Source of the DNA: Negaprion brevirostris
Lineage: Eukaryota
Assembly (NCBI GenBank): GCA_030324005.1
Contig: JARDVH010000001.1
Coordinates: 103,665,122-103,729,121 of the forward strand
Length of the DNA stretch: 64,000 nucleotides
Direction of reading: 5' to 3'
The translations under genes were made by a program, and so were the position numbers. Within the stretch, counting starts at the first letter, position 1. Every line of letters starts with the position of its first letter. The notes below the pieces were generated by a model, which did not search any database, was not told the origin of the DNA, and saw only the letters and a list, made by a program, of their open reading frames with translations. This document shows, piece after piece, positions 1-11,544 of the stretch.

Positions 1-95
1 CCTGGTGCAGAAGAAGGGTGAGACTTTTCGCCTTGAGGGTGTGGAGGAAATGCAATCCTCCTCAGATGAAGATGATGTGGAAGAGGAGGCAGATT
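1..95 (+). mobile_element. Possible 3' remnant of a PIF/Harbinger transposase ORF
   Basis: Translates as QKKGETF..EEMQSSSDEDDVEEE, resembling the acidic C-terminal tail of Harbinger transposases. Cut by the window edge. Confidence 0.35.
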
Positions 96-639
96 GTCTT
101 CATTACTGTTCACCTCCCATGATATTAGTCTCATTGCATGAGAGTACATTTCTCTGGATTCCTAAGTCTGTACTCCAGCACCATCTCATGGGCACAACTC
201 CAGTTCTTCAGCCACGTCAAGCAGAATGCCACTGGTCCAAGAGGTTACCTTCACCCCAATGACCTGTAGCACTGAGTCACCAACCTTTTGCTGCCTTTTC
301 TCTCTCCAGGGCTTTGACTGAGTCGTCAGTACTTGGAGCCTGTTAACTGCAGAACTTTTACTGCTGGAGGCTTCTTTCTTTGCTCCTCTCTCTAGTGGTC
401 TCTCTCCATAGCGGTTCCTACTCATGGTCTGCTTTTCCCAGTGGCTCATTCCTTGATTCTCCTTCTCTCTCCCTCTCTGCGACATCTCCCTATCCTCTGT
501 CCTGGGATTCTTCNNNNNNNNNNGTGTCCTGTTATGAGATTTTCCTCACTGTATTACAGTGCAGGCGCTCTGACAACCTAGCCCCGATCCAAAGAACTCA
601 CAACGCTGAACTGCACATTCGCCTGCTCCTGACCCACAG

Positions 640-943
640 GGAAGGCAGTGGCAGAGTGGAATCATCATTGGACTAGCAACCCAGAGACTCAGGGTAAAGC
701 CCTGGAAGACCCGAGTTTAAATCCCACCACTGCAGATGGTGAAATTTAAATTCAATAAAAATCTGAAATTAAAGCTCTAATGGTAACCATGAAAAAATTG
801 TCAATTGTTGTAAAAGCACATTTGGTTCACGAATGACTTTTAGGAAATCTGTCATCTTTACCTGGTCTGGTCTACATGTGACTCCTGCAGTAATATAGTT
901 GACAATCAAATGCCCTCCGCTCACATCCCGTTTATAAAAAAAA
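640..943 (+). mobile_element. tRNA-derived SINE, probably MetaSINE/SlmI-like family
   Basis: A-box GTGGCAGAGTGG, B-box-like GAGTTTAAATCCC, core TGGTTCACGAATGACTTTTAGGAAATCTGTCATCTTTACCTGGTCTGGTCTACATGTGACTCC and A-tail. Homologous to 7485, 17780 and 57012. Confidence 0.8.
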
Positions 944-1759
944 GGCAGGCTGCTGGGACTTCTGAATGGAAATCAGGTAAGTTGGGATTCTTAATATAAT
1001 AAATTGCTGTAATTAGCCCAGTAATCTGAAACCACAGAACAAAGTTATTGACGCCAAACCACGTCTGTTCCTGACTGTATTACGTGACTCCAGCTGGAGG
1101 TGTGCATATGCAGACATCAGCTGAGATCAGGATTGGGGTCAGCTGTAAGGCCCTTCTCTGGTTGGGTGGCCAGCTGACAGTCAGGGCCCTGACTCACACG
1201 TGCATGATGACCATTTGGACAATGTACTTTTACCATCTGTTGCATCATATCTCAGCTTTAACCTGGCAAGAAAGATTACCTCCAGTTTAATCATGAGGTT
1301 AGAAAGAATTTATTAGAACTTTAATTAATTGTTGTTTACACAGCAACCTCTTCGGTAGTTTAGCTTTCTGCCTTACGGTTCTTCATCAATGTTGAAGTGA
1401 TAGTAGTTTTCTGATGCACAGCGATGTGGTGCTTCACTGTTCCCTCAATCCACTGAGGTCTAAAAATAAATAGCAAATTTGGATTATGCCAGCACGATAC
1501 AGGGTCTTGTATAAATAAAACTCACTGCATAAATAAAAGAACAGGAGGCAAACAGCAAGAGGGAACAGACATTATTTAGGAGATCGGAGCAATGGAATTC
1601 AGCCTAAACCAGGATNNNNNNNNNNNNNNNNNNNNNNNNNNNNNNNNNNNNNNNNNNNNNNNNNNNNNNNNNNNNNNNNNNNNNNNNNNNNNNAACTTGA
1701 GTTTGCCTGAAGGCACTTGCATATCTGGCAGTGATGAATCTGACTCAGCTAACTGTCAG

Positions 1760-3847
1760 TCACAGGAAATTATCCCGTGTTTCATTGCAACTAAGGGCAA
1801 GTTGATATTTAGGCTTGGCTTTTAAATTCCCCACACACTGGGGGCGGCAGTAGCAAAGCAGGATTGGGTATGCAGTCGTGTGTGGAAATTATCCCATATA
1901 TCTGTCACTGGTTTTTTTAACCCAGTCATTGTATTACCATGTTATTGCTGAGTTTCCTGACCAAGTAGGTAGGTGACAACCTGCGTGAGTTGGTTTTGAC
2001 TCCAGTATTTAAGGGAACACTGCAAACATGCAATTTAATGGACTCTGAGGTTAGGGGCAGAACAGAATGAATGGGTAAAATGGAGTCCACATGTTTCAGT
2101 GAAATTTCCCAGAACGGAGGGCTGGAAGTAGCTGCGTGGGCAGATTGACCTCTGCTGATGGGAAGAAGATGGCTGCTATTGAAACACGGAAGGTGTGAAT
2201 GGAAATTGCCCATAAGGTCAACAGTAGGAGTGATGCCACACTCTTGGATTCAGTACCAAATGCAATTTAATGATTTAAGCGGGGTAGGTAAGCTAAGTAC
2301 AGAGACACATCCAACAACATCCTGATCATACCAACCTCCTCAGTCTGCCTTCACAAGTCTACTTCCACACATTACTTCTCAGAGTAACTTACCCTGCAGC
2401 TATACTCATCACTGTCCAACTATGCACTTCTTCCCATTCCTATTTGTTTATCCACCACTGACACTCACCCCCACCTTTATTTAATGTCATGCCCCTTCTT
2501 TGTGCTTATCCTCAACACATACTCTCCATCCATCCACTTAGTACATGCTTTCACTTTTATCACGTTTGCTTTCCCCTCATGCAGAAGAGGTCACAGAACA
2601 TAAAGGAGAGGCAGAGAGCAGGAGGAAACCCATTTAATTGACTCGCAACTGGCAGCTTCAGTGGCACAGTCTCTGCATGCTTGGCCATCGGTGATGGAGA
2701 GATCGGGGCCTCCCAGCTTTCTGGTGCCAGAATTGAATATTAGTCACATGGCTGGCAGCATTCATTCATGTTCACTTGATGCCAACAGACAATGTGCATA
2801 ATGTATTCCTCAAGAGGATGACGACTCCTCAGAGAAGCTTGCTCCCTTTGAGGGTGCAACATCACAAGACTTACATACATTTCTGAGCTGATGCATTGTT
2901 GATATATCAGTGAGATCAGCAAGAAAGGTAATTGCTTTATCATCTGGTGACCCACACATTACAAGGGTGAGGACAGATCATGAAGACAGGAATAACAATG
3001 GAGAGTTTATGCCTATGACATCATGTCACTCTTGCCTGGAATGAGTTCCTCCAATCTCTGTGCAAGCAGCATAGTGAAGCCTGGATAACCGCCTGTCTAT
3101 CATAAACTTTGCTACTTCTCCAGAGTACACTCTTCTTCAATGGCCAACGGTGTTCAACATCTGTGTCCAGCTGAGCAGAGCTTAGAGCATCCTGCAGCTT
3201 CTGGTCTTTGTAATGATTCTCTGTCCATGGAAAGAGTGGCAAGCAAATGAGTGCCTGCACCTTCTCATCAATGGTTTGCACACAGAGTGCCAGCTTAAAT
3301 AGAATTCATGATATATTAACATTGGCTGTTGTTGGTACCATTGATGGTGTTATGATGGTACATGGGTGNNNNNNNNNNNNNNNNNNNNNNNNNNNNNNNN
3401 NNNNNNNNNNNNNNNNNNNNNNNNNNNNNNNNNNNNNNNNNNNNNNNNNNNNNNNNNNNNNNNNNNNNCATGAAGGGGGGCATGTAGGGGGTCCTGATGG
3501 AGGAGACATTGAGAAGGTCCCAATGCTGTGATCCATGTCAGATTGGAGGTGGGGAAACATGCTGCTGATGAGGTGGAGCAGTAGAGTGTCTCAGTGTCTG
3601 TAAGTGGAGGAAGGGGGTTTCCCAGTGCACTCTGAGATCAGGGGCCTTTCAAAATGGTACCTGATCGCTTTGTAGCTGGCCTAAGTGGTGCATTTAGGCT
3701 CTGCCAGCTCCCAGAACAGTCACACAATTCACCACTCTCCCAAAAAATGACTAAGTGTGGAATGATCGCGGTCTGGTCCATACCGGACAGACTGGTGCGC
3801 ATCACTCCAGTTTTCTCACCACTATGACACTTGAGAAAATTCCACCC
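1760..3847 (+). mobile_element. Decayed PIF/Harbinger element with a Myb/SANT-like ORF remnant
   Basis: About 2150-2290 translates (with stop and frameshift) as SADGKKMAAIETRKV*MEIAHKVNSRSDAT/SWIQYQMQFNDLSGVGK. A second exon-like piece KRSQNIKERQRAGG lies at about 2585. Right TIR GAGAAAATTCCACCC ends at 3847; left end uncertain. Confidence 0.65.
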
Positions 3848-4400
3848 AGTATCTCTAATTTTCTGATCTGAAAGGAAGCTGGAACAGTTATACCTTCTAA
3901 ACCAGATAACATTATTCTTTAGCAGCAATGGGTGTTCTCTCATTGATTAACTCCTCCTTTAGATGTGGCCTTATTATTCACTATCTAGTTATTGTTAAAA
4001 TGGTTTTATTATCTCCATGCTGCGAGCCACCATATTCTCAAATACTTCCTTCATATCTTTCCTGTTTAGTTCCAATTGTTTCTCATTTTCAAGAAAGTGG
4101 TTTTAAATATTTCACAGAGAAAACTAGATTTTAATTTTTTCTCTAATTTGCTGAGCTAAGTAATGAGAATATCTTTTTAAGAGATAAGGAGCGACAATAC
4201 CATCGTAACTGCTTCTAAAGTTTCTTTGAAAATAAATTTCAGAGCTACTTCTTATCTTTTCCAAAACTGCTTCCCTTAGTGTGAAGAGAAGGTGAAAGAT
4301 CCTGGTGTTACTTTTTGTGTGGCACAGACAAGGTCTGTTTAACATATGTTGAAATGAAAGCTGTGAGCTAGTGCTGCCCATGTAAATGTTTCAAAGCTTT

Positions 4401-4713
4401 GAGGCGGCACAGTGGCATAGTGGTTAGCACTGCTGCCTCACAGTGCCAGGGATCCAGGTTCTATTCTGGTATTGGGTGACTGTGCAAACTCCACACAGAC
4501 TTTCTCCCCACGTCTGTGTGGATTTCCTCCAGGTGCTCTATTTTCCTCCCACAATCCAAAGGTGTGTGGGTTAGATTAGCCATGGAAAATGCATGGAGTT
4601 ACAGGGATAGGTGGAGGTAAGTGGGCCTCAGTAAGATGCTTTTCGGAGAGTTGGTGCAGACTCAATGGGCCAAATGGCCTCCTTCTGCACGTTGGGATTC
4701 TTTGATTTTTGAT
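4401..4713 (+). mobile_element. HE1-type V-SINE
   Basis: GGCGGCACAGTGGCATAGTGGTTAGCACTGCTGCCTCACAG head, V-domain GGATTTCCTCCAGGTGCTCTATTTTCCTCCCACAATCCAAAG, and CR1-type tail ATGGGCCAAATGGCCTCCTTCTGCAC. Confidence 0.9.
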
Positions 4714-5768
4714 CATCTTCATCCTCTTCTGAAGTCAAAATTAAAATAGCAATAGCAACGCCCATGTTGATTTGATGGATCCAAGCTCCACAAATGGAAG
4801 TACAATTTTCCAAAGTTGTGAAAGTAAACTCTCAACACAACGTAAAGACTTTGATACAGCGGGGTCGGGAAAGCAGTTATCAGATGTTTGTACTTTTTTG
4901 GCATATTTCTCCATCATGTCTTCAGCTCCCCAACTGTGGGTGTCACCTTGCTTTGGTTTCACTGGCAAATTCCAAGGAGCCCAGAAAACCCGTAATCCCA
5001 CAGTTAAATTGTAAAAGCTATGTTAATATTGCTCTCATTGAACAAGCAATATATTAAAATTGACAATCTGCCTGTCCTGAGGACGTTGCTTGCATGCTTT
5101 TTAAACACCACTGTTAAATATGAAAATCACTAAGCTGGAGCCAGCTTCCCAATGCACTGTCAATTTCCCTGCTTTTAACTTTCCCCACAGCCACTCCTGA
5201 ACCCATGTGCCCATGCAAATTAAAATGCAGCACCTTTCTGGGAAGTTTGGCAATACTTGTAGCACCAGAAATAGTGAACTGCGCCTCATTTAGTTTCAAT
5301 TTCATGAGATTTGCTGAATTTACTGTCCTACTACTTGAGAGTGGCATCTAATGACCAGCGTCTGCTATGGTAGTCCAAGTGATGCTATGTTGCTACAGAT
5401 TAGATGATGTTAAATAATGTGAACAACACCAATTGCATAAGGTAACTAAGACTACTGTGTTACACTCACCCTCCAGTGACAGTTTATTGAATACCCCAGG
5501 TTTTCCGTGTGGACACTCAGTACATTTTGGATTAATCAGTTTTGAGTATTTTCAATGGCTGGTTATATACTAGCTACACTGTTTTTGTTTCATTGCTTTG
5601 AACACTTAACTATTCACTTCCAGTGAAAAGGAAATTCCAATAAAGTTAATAACAGCAATCCTTGAATGTGACACTTTGTTTTAACATTGATAATGATTTT
5701 GTTGATGATTTTGAATGCTAGGTTTGTAACAATGGCCACTCAGTTCATCTCAACACATCAGTGATATG

Positions 5769-5895
5769 GGGCGGAATTTTCAAATCCTGCCCACCATGGG
5801 AATCGTAGCGGACGGGACAGATCCAATGCAAAGGTCCGTTGACCTTTGTTGGGGTTTTCTGGTCTTGGGGTGAGCGCAGCCGGAAAGTCTCGCCC
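5769..5895. mobile_element. Harbinger-type MITE (127 bp)
   Basis: TIRs GGGCGGAATTTTC / GGAAAGTCTCGCCC; ATG on both sides (5766-5768, 5896-5898) as a 3-bp target duplication. Confidence 0.85.
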
Positions 5896-5898
5896 ATG

Positions 5899-6250
5899 GC
5901 GTCAGACAGGCTTCTGGACCTGACTCCAGCTGCCCCTCTATCCCATGGAGGGGCACAGGGGCCCCGGCATCCACAGGGAGGAGGGCTGGCTGGCTCCTTC
6001 CTCCCAGGAGACCCTGGGGTTGTCCAGTCCATCTGACTCCCCCCTTCCTGTGACCAACACACTTGCAGATCTGGACACTGAGGAGGCTGGCACTACAGCA
6101 TCTGTGCTGTCTGAAAGTAGGCTGGGGTTCTCAAGGTTCCTTCCCTCCAGGGTACATCTGCTAAGATCATCATCTCAGACAACAGGGTGTGGCAGTTGTG
6201 GATCCTGAGGAAAAACTAAGGCGTCGTGGTAGGGTTTGGAATAGTCACAG
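5899..6250 (+). mobile_element. Internal remnant of a Harbinger-type element (host of the 5769 MITE)
   Basis: GC-rich, Pro/Gly/Ser-coding-like decayed sequence resembling the last exon of the shark Harbinger Myb gene; recognition from memory only. Confidence 0.4.
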
Positions 6251-6840
6251 GTGATGATAAGCATGGTAAGATAGTGAACACTATGTCACCACCATTTTAT
6301 TTATTAAAAGTCACGTTATGCACCCACCAAGTGCTTCCCTGCTCTCATTTCATTACAACCTGCACTGAGGGCCTCCATATGTAGGCAAGATACCCAGTGA
6401 CAGCACCTCCATCATCTCCTTTCAGTGAGGATGTCAGCTGAATTGTTGTCCTTCCCTCACACAGTCACAATGCAGTGATACTTGTGTAATCTTGATTTGC
6501 TAGTAGCATCCTGTCAAGCAAGAATCTGCCAGAGATATGAGGAGCATTGCTTGGTCAAGTGGGGATGTCTCCTCTTCCCAATCTGTGGGAGGAGAACCTA
6601 TCATCAATCAGTCACTGCCTGGAACAGAGTACACAAGGAGTCATAATTGACACATGGGGCTACCTGTGCCCATTGCTCCAGGTGGGTCCTTTCTACTACA
6701 GAATAAAGGATTACCTCAGGAGCACCTGATACTGATGTAATGTCACAAACCTAAAACCTGGTGGATCATCTTGTTGAGTACTAAGTTGTTTGTAGATCTG
6801 TAAATAAACAAATGTGGTTCTTACAAATAACAGCCTACGT

Positions 6841-6988
6841 TTTAAGTTTAAGTTTATTTATTAGTGTCACAAGTAGGCTTACACTACAATGAAGTTACTG
6901 TGAAAATCCCCAAGTTGCCACACTCTGGCGCCTGTTTGGCTGCACCGAGGGAGAATTTAGCAAGGCCAATGCACCTAACCAGCATGCT
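6841..6988 (-). mobile_element. V-SINE variant, 3' half with the alternative (non-CR1) tail
   Basis: Reverse complement matches the tail of the full copy at 45598-45904 (GGGGATTTTCACAGTAACTTCATTG...AAGCCTACTTGTGACACTAATAAATAAAC). Confidence 0.85.
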
Positions 6989-7484
6989 TATGATAGCAAA
7001 CTTAGGACAACAGGCAAATCCTAAAGAAACCCCATATAAGTCCCAAACCCAAGACAAAACATGATGGAGGCTGGTGGGTTCTGTCAACTGTTTATGTGCA
7101 TCATCTGAAACATGCTGGTAGCAAGCAGAGTGTAAAAACCCAGCAATACTTCAAACTGGAGCTCTCTCTTAATTCCATCTTTCTTTCCATCTTTTTTATG
7201 TTTGCTTTCAGTACTGAACTTGACATTGAATTCAAACTAACACATCTTCACTAAGATACCACGGGCCACAGTATCAATTCTGCAATTGATTGGCTCAGGA
7301 GATATAGGGCAGAATCTAATGGCTCCATCATGGTGTGGGCAGGAGCGCATTTTCTAATCACTACAAGTTCCACTGCATAACCCCATAGAAGGTCTGTGTG
7401 TGAATCTAAGTGTAATGAATATTGCTGCAGTTTGTTCTTTGCTAACTATAAAATTGGGTCAATTATTGCAGCGTGCCTATCTCA

Positions 7485-7834
7485 GGGAAGGCAGCGGCAC
7501 AGTGCAATTATCACTGGACTAGCGATCCAAGGTAATGCTATGGGGATCTGTGTTCAAATCTCACCACAGCAGATGATGAAATTTGCATTCAATAAAAATC
7601 TGGAATTAAAAGTCTAAGGATGACCATGAATTGATTGTCGTAAAACCCCATCTGGTTCACTAATGCCCTTTAGGGAAATAAATCTGCCATCTGTATCTGG
7701 TTTGGTCTAAGTGACTTCGGAACCCACCAATGTGGTTGACTCTCAAATGCCCTCTGAAATGGAGGGCAGATAGGAATGGGCAATAAATACTGGCCCAGCC
7801 AGTAATGTCCATCCTGTAAAAATGAATTTTAAAA
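7485..7834 (+). mobile_element. tRNA-derived SINE, MetaSINE/SlmI-like, near full length
   Basis: tRNA-like head, core CATCTGGTTCACTAATGCCCTTTAGGGAAATAAATCTGCC, tail GGAATGGGCAATAAATACTGGCCCAGCCAG. Confidence 0.85.
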
Positions 7835-7867
7835 GATTCAGCTTTATGTTAAAGCCTGAAAATGTAT

Positions 7868-8002
7868 CGTAGAAACCACAGTGTAGAAGGAGGCCATTTG
7901 GCCCATCAACAACAGTCTCACTCAGGTCTCATCCCCATTACTGCACATATTTACCCTCCAAATTCCCCTAACACTAAGAGGCAATTTATCATGGCCAATC
8001 AT
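7868..8002 (-). mobile_element. HE1-type SINE, 3' fragment
   Basis: AGAAACCACAGTGTAGAAGGAGGCCATTTGGCCCATC is the reverse complement of the HE1 tail. Confidence 0.75.
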
Positions 8003-8963
8003 CATGAAAGGGACTTGATTAAGTCAATTATGATAAAACTCTGGACAAAAGGTTCAGGAACTCACTAAGAATCCAAGCAGACCACACACCTGGAGTCATT
8101 CATGGGAATGTTTTCATAGGAAGAATTAAACATTAAAAGCAAAAATTTCAACTTTACAGACATATCTGGACAATGAGTGTGGGCACATCGACCTCTGAGC
8201 TTTGATTTACCAGGTGGCTGTTGTGATGCTTTTGACAAAGATTTTATAGCAGAGGGTCAGGTCACAGTATAACTGATAAAGTATCAGCTCGTGACAAGGC
8301 ACAAGTACTTCTGTATTCACGGCAAAGTATTGTAAGGATTCTACTCAACGTCTCCAAAGACTTCTTTTTAACATCTAATATTCATTCACACTTTCAAGTC
8401 TGCGTCCATCTGACCAGGATTTTACATCTCCATTATATCAAAGCTTCTGCATAACCTTATAGTGTTGGTGTGGCAACCAGAAGTGTGTTTATTTACTAAT
8501 AGAATTAGTTTGATTTGGTTTAATGCCTGAGGAAATTTATTTGGACTCAACACCCCTTCCAACCGTGCTTGCCCGCAACCAGCTAATTGTCCTGCACCTG
8601 ACCAGACTATCCCTGACCTGACTACCACCAACCACCCTATCCACTTTATTCAAGAACTCACTCACCTTAGCTACTAACCCACTCCATCACACTAACCATT
8701 CACTCATTCATCCATCCACCTATTCTCTAGCAATCACACTGGACATTTAAATTTACCATATAACACTTGGTGCTATGAAAAAGGGGCATGTCCTGTTTAC
8801 CCCCAACCCTACTCTGCTGCGATGGAGTTCTCCAGTGGACAGCACACTCTGCATTTCTGGTGTAGCTGCTCAGAAGACCTAACCAGAAATGCAGTGCTGT
8901 ATCTGGGCACGTAAAGTTACACACATAGCAGCAAGCCAACAGTGATTGCCACTTTGTGAAAAA

Positions 8964-9310
8964 ACCATAGAAACATGGAATCCCTACAATGCAGAAGGAG
9001 GCCATTTGAGCCATTGGGTCTGCACCCATTCTATGAAAGAGCATCATACCGAGGCCCAGCGCCTCCCTCCATTCCTGTAACCCTGCACATTTGTCATGGT
9101 TAATCCATTTAACCTACGCAAGGGCAACTTAGCATGGCCAATCCACCTAACCTGCACATCTTTGGAACTGTGGGAGGAAACTGGAGCACCCCAAGGAAAC
9201 CCACATAGACACCGGGAAGATGTGCATACTCCACAGTCACCCAAGGCCAGAATTGAACTCGGGTCCCTAGAGCTGTAAGGCAGCAGTGCTAACCACTTTT
9301 CCACCATGCT
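8964..9310 (-). mobile_element. HE1-type V-SINE, full length
   Basis: Reverse-strand tRNA head (GGCAGCAGTGCTAACCACT on +), V-domain, and (CATAGAA)-type tail. Confidence 0.9.
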
Positions 9311-10154
9311 GGGCTTTTTAGAATTTGAATGATATTAGCAGTTAAACATAATTCTTTCATTTCTATCTCTTTCTAACAGGCTCTGACTGCATTTTCGGAG
9401 TGATTGGGTGTGGTGAACATGCCTAGAACTTTGTTCCTTTATTCTGAATTTTGAATCTAAAGTTGGGCATGGAAGAAAGCAATTTCTTAGCCTTATTTTC
9501 TCACAACACAGTCGTGCAGGTGGCAGGATGTCTGACTCCCCTTTGGTATCAAGTATCATTTTGCGATTCTTCTACGTCATTAATACTTCACCTTCATTTA
9601 GCAAAACTATCTTGTATTGTTTTTATACATTACTTTATAAATAACTCATTCTTGCAATGCTATTCTAATCTAAATGACCTGTCCTGTGTTTTAGTGGACT
9701 TTACTTCTGGTAACTTTCTTGGGGTCAGTATTTTAGACAAATTCCCCTAGGTGATCCCTTGCTCTTTGCAAATTAGTATGTCAATTCCTGCCACTGAACT
9801 GACTAGGAATTGATGAAACAACTAAAAGCATGTTTGTCAAGTTCAACTGGCAAGGTCTGTTGGAAATGCAAATACATTTCCATACAGTAAGCCCTCAGTT
9901 AAAGTTGTAGTTGCATGCCTGAAATCATGACTATAAGGGAAAGAACTAAGTGAAATATAGGTTCCTCTCGGAATCTGGAGTTAAATTCCTTTAGAAATTT
10001 CTTACTTAGAAAAGCCAGTGTACCAGTTGAAATACTGCACCATACATGTGTAGCGTGTATTCCCAGCTGAAATAACTTGCAAAATATCAAAATATAAAAG
10101 AAGTACTGTCTGAATTCAAATTAGATACCATTCACTAGTCTCTCTCCCTTTGTA

Positions 10155-10455
10155 GGCAGACCCTCATTTCATTTGTTTCCATTCTGCTTTAGTTGGTTCT
10201 GAGATGGCTGATAAGTTCAATGTGTCACATGTGTGGCAGGTATTGCTTGGAGGGTCAAACAGATGAACAGTTTGGAGGTTTTTGCGCTCTCTCTACCATC
10301 TTGACTTTGCCCCTATGTGCTCCGAAAGAAATCTCTCTGTGTTCAGTGCCTTTCCAAATGAACCTTCTCCCATTTTGGTTGAGTGTCATGAGTTGGTTGA
10401 AATTTTTGACTTCTTTATGGATGTTTTGAGGACACCCCTTAAGCATTTCAATGGA
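10155..10455 (-). mobile_element. RTE-clade LINE, decayed 3' end
   Basis: Minus strand reads ...TGCTTAAGGGGTGTCCTCAAAACATCC...ACCTGCCACACATGTGAC...CTTATCAGCCATCTCAGAACC...GAGGGTCTGCCTA, resembling the RTE C-terminal zinc-finger region and tail. Confidence 0.6.
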
Positions 10456-10769
10456 GGTTCCTTTGACTGATTAGCATTAGGCTCTCTCATTCATTTTAAA
10501 ATGGCCTCCCTGTCTCAACTTCAGCAAATGGCTCACTCATTGTCTTCAAAATGGAAACTCTGTTTCACCTGCTGCTGCAGACTTAAACAATGGCCAGTCT
10601 CAGGACTCCAAAATTAATCAGAAAATTGCAGAGTCAGGCTCCGTAAATACTGAATCCTGTATTTTCCAACTAAACAAGCCCTGACAGAAGCCCACCAACC
10701 ACCACCTTGACAAGCTTGTTTAAACCTTTCCCAGCCTTTTTCACCATTCAAAATTTTTTTTTGAATTGA

Positions 10770-11012
10770 AGGGATGAGGTCTTGAAAGCAGATTTTAGGG
10801 AGCTAAGAAAGTGATTGAAAAGCAGTACATTCAGGCCAAAATCTCAGGATTACTTCCAGTATCACATACGAATGAGTATAGGAAGAGGAAAACTGAGCAA
10901 ATTAATACATGGATGGAGAAATAGTGTAGGAGGAAGCACTTTGGACTTCTGGGGCACTGGGACTGGTTCTGGGGTCGATGTGACTTGTAAAAGGAGAATG
11001 GGTTATGTCTTA
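10770..11012 (+). mobile_element. CR1 ORF1 (esterase-like) fragment; duplicate of 11831-12073
   Basis: Direct similarity to the ORF1 part of the adjacent CR1; an inverted piece at 10692-10735 matches 12119-12162. Confidence 0.8.
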
Positions 11013-11094
11013 AGGCGAAGCTTGTAAAATCCCACCAAAGGCTATTGGAGAATTTCATTCTGTGAGCCTTGCCTGCCCTGATTCTGGTAAAATT

Positions 11095-11500
11095 CCAGCC
11101 ACTGAATAGAATTGGCCTTTTGGCTCTAGAGTTAGAAGAATGAGAGGCCATTTCTTCAAAATGTATAAAATTATTATGAGAATCTGAGATGCTAGCTGCT
11201 GAAAGACTGTTTCCCTTGGCTGGACAGTCTGAGGATAAGAAGTTGGATATTTGGGCCTGTGATGAGGAGAAATTTCTTTCTCAAAGGGTTGTGAGTCTTT
11301 GGAGCTCTCTTGCCCATAATTGAATAGATTCAAATGCAGACTGAAAGATTTTCAAACACTTCAAAAAGTTGTAACTTATGCGGATAGGGAGGAGAAAGTG
11401 AGGTGAAGTAGAAGATCAACTGAAAATGTTTGAATGGTGGAACAGGCTTGAGGCTATATGTCCTACAGCTGTTCCTATTTCTCATGTTCTTATGTTCTTA
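11095..11500 (+). mobile_element. CR1 LINE 3' end
   Basis: AGAAGAATGAGAGG, GAGGAGAAATTTCTTTCTCAAAGGGTTGTGAGTCTTTGG and tail GAATGGTGGAACAGGCTTGAGG...TTCTCATGTTCTTATGTTCTT. Confidence 0.8.
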
Positions 11501-11544
11501 AAAGAGTGAGATGTTGACTTTTCCATTTCCTTTGTGAAATGCCA

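Noticed and set aside
4401-4480. tRNA-like sequences with A and B boxes (all SINE heads)
   Set aside because: They continue into SINE bodies and tails; not tRNA genes.
4628-5057. Cluster of overlapping ORFs on both strands
   Set aside because: No recognisable protein or convincing splice structure; partly overlaps a SINE tail.
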